Shown: piece by piece, positions 43,370-45,938 of the stretch
Layout: each line of letters begins with the position of its first letter
Numbering within the stretch: the first letter of the stretch is position 1
Virus record (IMG/VR): IMGVR_UViG_3300044580_000271
Location: 1 to 45,938 of that record
Reading direction: 5' to 3' (one strand)
Source of the DNA: a virus
Lineage: Duplodnaviria > Caudoviricetes
Length of the DNA stretch: 45,938 nucleotides
Program-made: the position numbers and the translations under genes
Notes under the pieces: generated by a model
What the model was told of the DNA's origin: nothing
Database searches by the model: none
What the model saw: the letters and a program-made list of their open reading frames with translations, nothing else

Positions 43370-45490
43370 ATGGCAACTTATTATATTTCAAATACTGGGT
43401 CCGATGGTAATACTGGGACATCTTCATCAAGTCCTTGGGCAACATTATCTAAAGTTAATTCTTATACATTTTCTGCTGGAGATATTATTTTGTTTCAGAG
43501 AGGAGGAATCTGGAGAGAACAAACTAGTTTAGTTCCACAAAGTGGGACAAGTTCAGCCGTTATTTATTATGGTGCCTATGGTACAGGGGATAAACCAAAA
43601 ATATTAGGTAGTAAACAAGAAAATTCCACAGGAGATTGGACAAATGTTGGCACAAATCTTTGGAGAAATACAGATACAACTTTTACAAATACAAATGGCG
43701 GAGTTGGGAATATTATTTTTAATGATGAAGAAAGTATTGGTTGGAAAGTATACTCTTCAGGAGACCTTAATTCCCAAGGAGATTTTTATTATGACTTAAC
43801 TAATCAACAAATTACACTATATTCTACATCCAATCCTGCATCCTATTACAGCAATATTGAATGTGCTTTAGGCAAGGATGCTGTAAGATTATGGAGTTCG
43901 CAGGATTACGTAACTATAGAGAATATTGATTTCAGATATTGGGCTGCTCACGGAATAAGTGCAGGAGGGGGTAATAATAATATTACAATTCGGGATTGTA
44001 ATTTTCAATATATAGGAGGTGGTGATTTTGACGGAGGTTCCTATGGTAATGCAATACAATTTTGGGGGTCTTGTAGCAATATCTTGATAGAGAAAAATAC
44101 ATTTTATGAAATATATGACGCTGCTATAACTCACCAATATTCTGGATCAACAGTTGTTACGGTAAGTAATTTTGTTGTAAGACTTAACATTGTAAATAAA
44201 GCCTATTATAGTTGGGAACATTTTCTTACTGCTAATTCAGGTAGCAGTATATCTGGAATGTATGTACAGAATAATACATTTGTTAATGCAGGTTCGTCGT
44301 GGAGTGATATGCAAAGACCACTTGATCAAAATAATGGTCGGCACATAATGATATGGGAAATGACGTCAAATGCATCCTACAGTAATTTGTATATACGAAA
44401 TAATATTTTTGACGTTGCAACAGAAAGTGCTATTCATATAGCTTCAGGATCAATACCTTACTGGACATTTGACTATAATTTATATGATGTCAGCGTTGTA
44501 TGTTACGATGGAGCAACATATACAACATTGACTCAATGGCAGACTGCTCGTTCAAAAGATTTAAATTCTATAACAGGAAATCCTTCTTTTATCAGTTCTA
44601 CAGATTTTCACTTAAGTTCAACTTCTTCACCCGCTTATGGTGCTGGAGTTTATGTGGGATATTCTACTGATTTTGATGGGGTATCTTGGAATAACCCTCC
44701 CTCAATAGGAGCTTATGAATACGATGAGGGTGGTGGTAGTGACTCAAGTTCAGGATTTTACTATCTGACACACAATGGAAAGTATCTTACATATAATGGG
44801 AAATACCTTACTATTAATACTCAGTACTTTGATCCTAGTTTATCATCTTTGCGTACCGATTTTATTGCAGGCTGGCAACTCGACGAATCGGCGGGTAATA
44901 CAGCAAATGAGATAACGGGATATTTTCCCGGAACAAATACGGGAGTAACGGTCAACGCTGTCGGGAAATTCGGTAAGGCTTTTTATTATGGAGGTGCCGG
45001 ATATACCAATGTTGGTGCGAGGGACCCGCTAAAACTACAGACACACACTATTTCGCTTTGGGTCAATACGTCCAGTAACGCAACATCCGGCCTGCTCACT
45101 AATTGGGTCTGGGCCAATTCGCAATATTACGGATATGCAATTACGATGCTATCGGGCGGAACGGTTGAATATAATCTAAGGTTTAATGACGGCACCTATT
45201 TAGTTCTGACTTCTACCGGGGTGATTAATAACGGGGCATGGCACAACATCATTGCGACTTTTGACGGCACTACTGCATACTTATATATTGATAATGTGCA
45301 GGCTGACACTGATTCGGCAGCCGGGGCTAAGACAATACAATATCACGCAAATTGTGCGTTTCACTTAGGCGACCGCAATGAGGGAGATTATCCGCTTACA
45401 GGTTACTTGGACGCACCTTACATCTGGAGCAGGGTAATTACATCCGGCGAAAGAGCGATTATACAAACCAAACCATATCCATTTGAATGA
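43370..45490 (+). CDS. Right-handed beta-helix protein with C-terminal LamG/ConA domain (putative receptor-binding protein or depolymerase)
   Basis: YYISNTGSDGNTGTSSSSPWATL start; pectin-lyase-like repeats; SIGAYE; TISLWV...WHNIIATFDG...LYIDN. Confidence 0.8.
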   Translation: MATYYISNTGSDGNTGTSSSSPWATLSKVNSYTFSAGDIILFQRGGIWREQTSLVPQSGTSSAVIYYGAYGTGDKPKILGSKQENSTGDWTNVGTNLWRNTDTTFTNTNGGVGNIIFNDEESIGWKVYSSGDLNSQGDFYYDLTNQQITLYSTSNPASYYSNIECALGKDAVRLWSSQDYVTIENIDFRYWAAHGISAGGGNNNITIRDCNFQYIGGGDFDGGSYGNAIQFWGSCSNILIEKNTFYEIYDAAITHQYSGSTVVTVSNFVVRLNIVNKAYYSWEHFLTANSGSSISGMYVQNNTFVNAGSSWSDMQRPLDQNNGRHIMIWEMTSNASYSNLYIRNNIFDVATESAIHIASGSIPYWTFDYNLYDVSVVCYDGATYTTLTQWQTARSKDLNSITGNPSFISSTDFHLSSTSSPAYGAGVYVGYSTDFDGVSWNNPPSIGAYEYDEGGGSDSSSGFYYLTHNGKYLTYNGKYLTINTQYFDPSLSSLRTDFIAGWQLDESAGNTANEITGYFPGTNTGVTVNAVGKFGKAFYYGGAGYTNVGARDPLKLQTHTISLWVNTSSNATSGLLTNWVWANSQYYGYAITMLSGGTVEYNLRFNDGTYLVLTSTGVINNGAWHNIIATFDGTTAYLYIDNVQADTDSAAGAKTIQYHANCAFHLGDRNEGDYPLTGYLDAPYIWSRVITSGERAIIQTKPYPFE

Positions 45491-45938
45491 GAAAGTTACT
45501 ACTGATATTATCTGTTTTTATCAGCCTGACCGTATCGGCACAAACGACATGGTATATTTCTCCTTCCGGTAATGATGGAACGGGTACCGGGACTATTGAT
45601 GATCCCTGGCGCACACTTTATAAGGCCTGTACTGACCCGTCCGTTTCGGAAGGCGACAATATTTATGTCATGGCCGGGACCTATACTATTTCAACTCAAA
45701 TACCCTGGCCCGATGGAGTAAGTATAATCGGAGAGGGAATGTACCGGTCGATATTTAACTGTTCGGTTTCAGATGGTCCGGCTATCAAAGGAGAGAGTTA
45801 CGGTCATTCCGGCGACACGAATTATGGCAACCAGTCAATAAGCTATTGCGGCTTTAATGGCAACCTTACCGGGTATCAGGCTATTGCAGTCAACTTCCGT
45901 TCAAACGTAGAAATACATCATTGCAGTTTTGAAAATTT
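45487..45938 (+). CDS. Signal-peptide-bearing beta-helix protein, runs off the right edge
   Basis: Read manually: MRKLLLILSVFISLTVSA-QTTWYISPSGNDGTGTGTIDDPWRTL...IYVMAGTY. Confidence 0.75.
   Translation, partial: MRKLLLILSVFISLTVSAQTTWYISPSGNDGTGTGTIDDPWRTLYKACTDPSVSEGDNIYVMAGTYTISTQIPWPDGVSIIGEGMYRSIFNCSVSDGPAIKGESYGHSGDTNYGNQSISYCGFNGNLTGYQAIAVNFRSNVEIHHCSFEN

Noticed and set aside
1-45938. Stop-codon reassignment as seen in some Bacteroidota phages
   Set aside because: Long conserved genes are intact in code 11, genes end in TAG and TGA at sensible places, and no CTA-anticodon tRNA was seen

Overview
AT-rich segment of a large (jumbo, T4-superfamily-like) tailed phage genome in the standard genetic code. 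The host is probably Bacteroidota: TAnnTTTG-type -7 promoters, no Shine-Dalgarno sites, a BACON-like protein and Bacteroidota-style lipoproteins. Layout: 1-14205 (- strand) holds collagen-like and fibre virion genes, then RNA end-healing/sealing genes (HD phosphohydrolase, Cys-phosphatase, Rnl1 ligase). 14482-38389 (+) holds early/middle genes, including an RNase H-like YkuK protein, polynucleotide kinase, an OmpR-like regulator, nucleotidyltransferase, DNA ligase, Nudix hydrolase, clamp loader, 5'-3' exonuclease, a gp55-like sigma, a glucosaminidase and a papain-like protease. 38523-42984 is an RNA-gene island of about 13 tRNAs interleaved with homing endonucleases and non-tRNA structured RNAs. 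42998-end holds BACON and beta-helix/LamG proteins. The most striking content is in the RNA island: two families of conserved RNA scaffolds carry circularly permuted or degenerate tRNA mimics, and one scaffold also occurs itself permuted inside a tRNA D-loop. Two leader-peptide attenuators, one ahead of the tRNA island and one ahead of the YkuK nuclease, look built to sense translation or tRNA-pool stress. Structures and protein families were assigned by eye; no database search was run.
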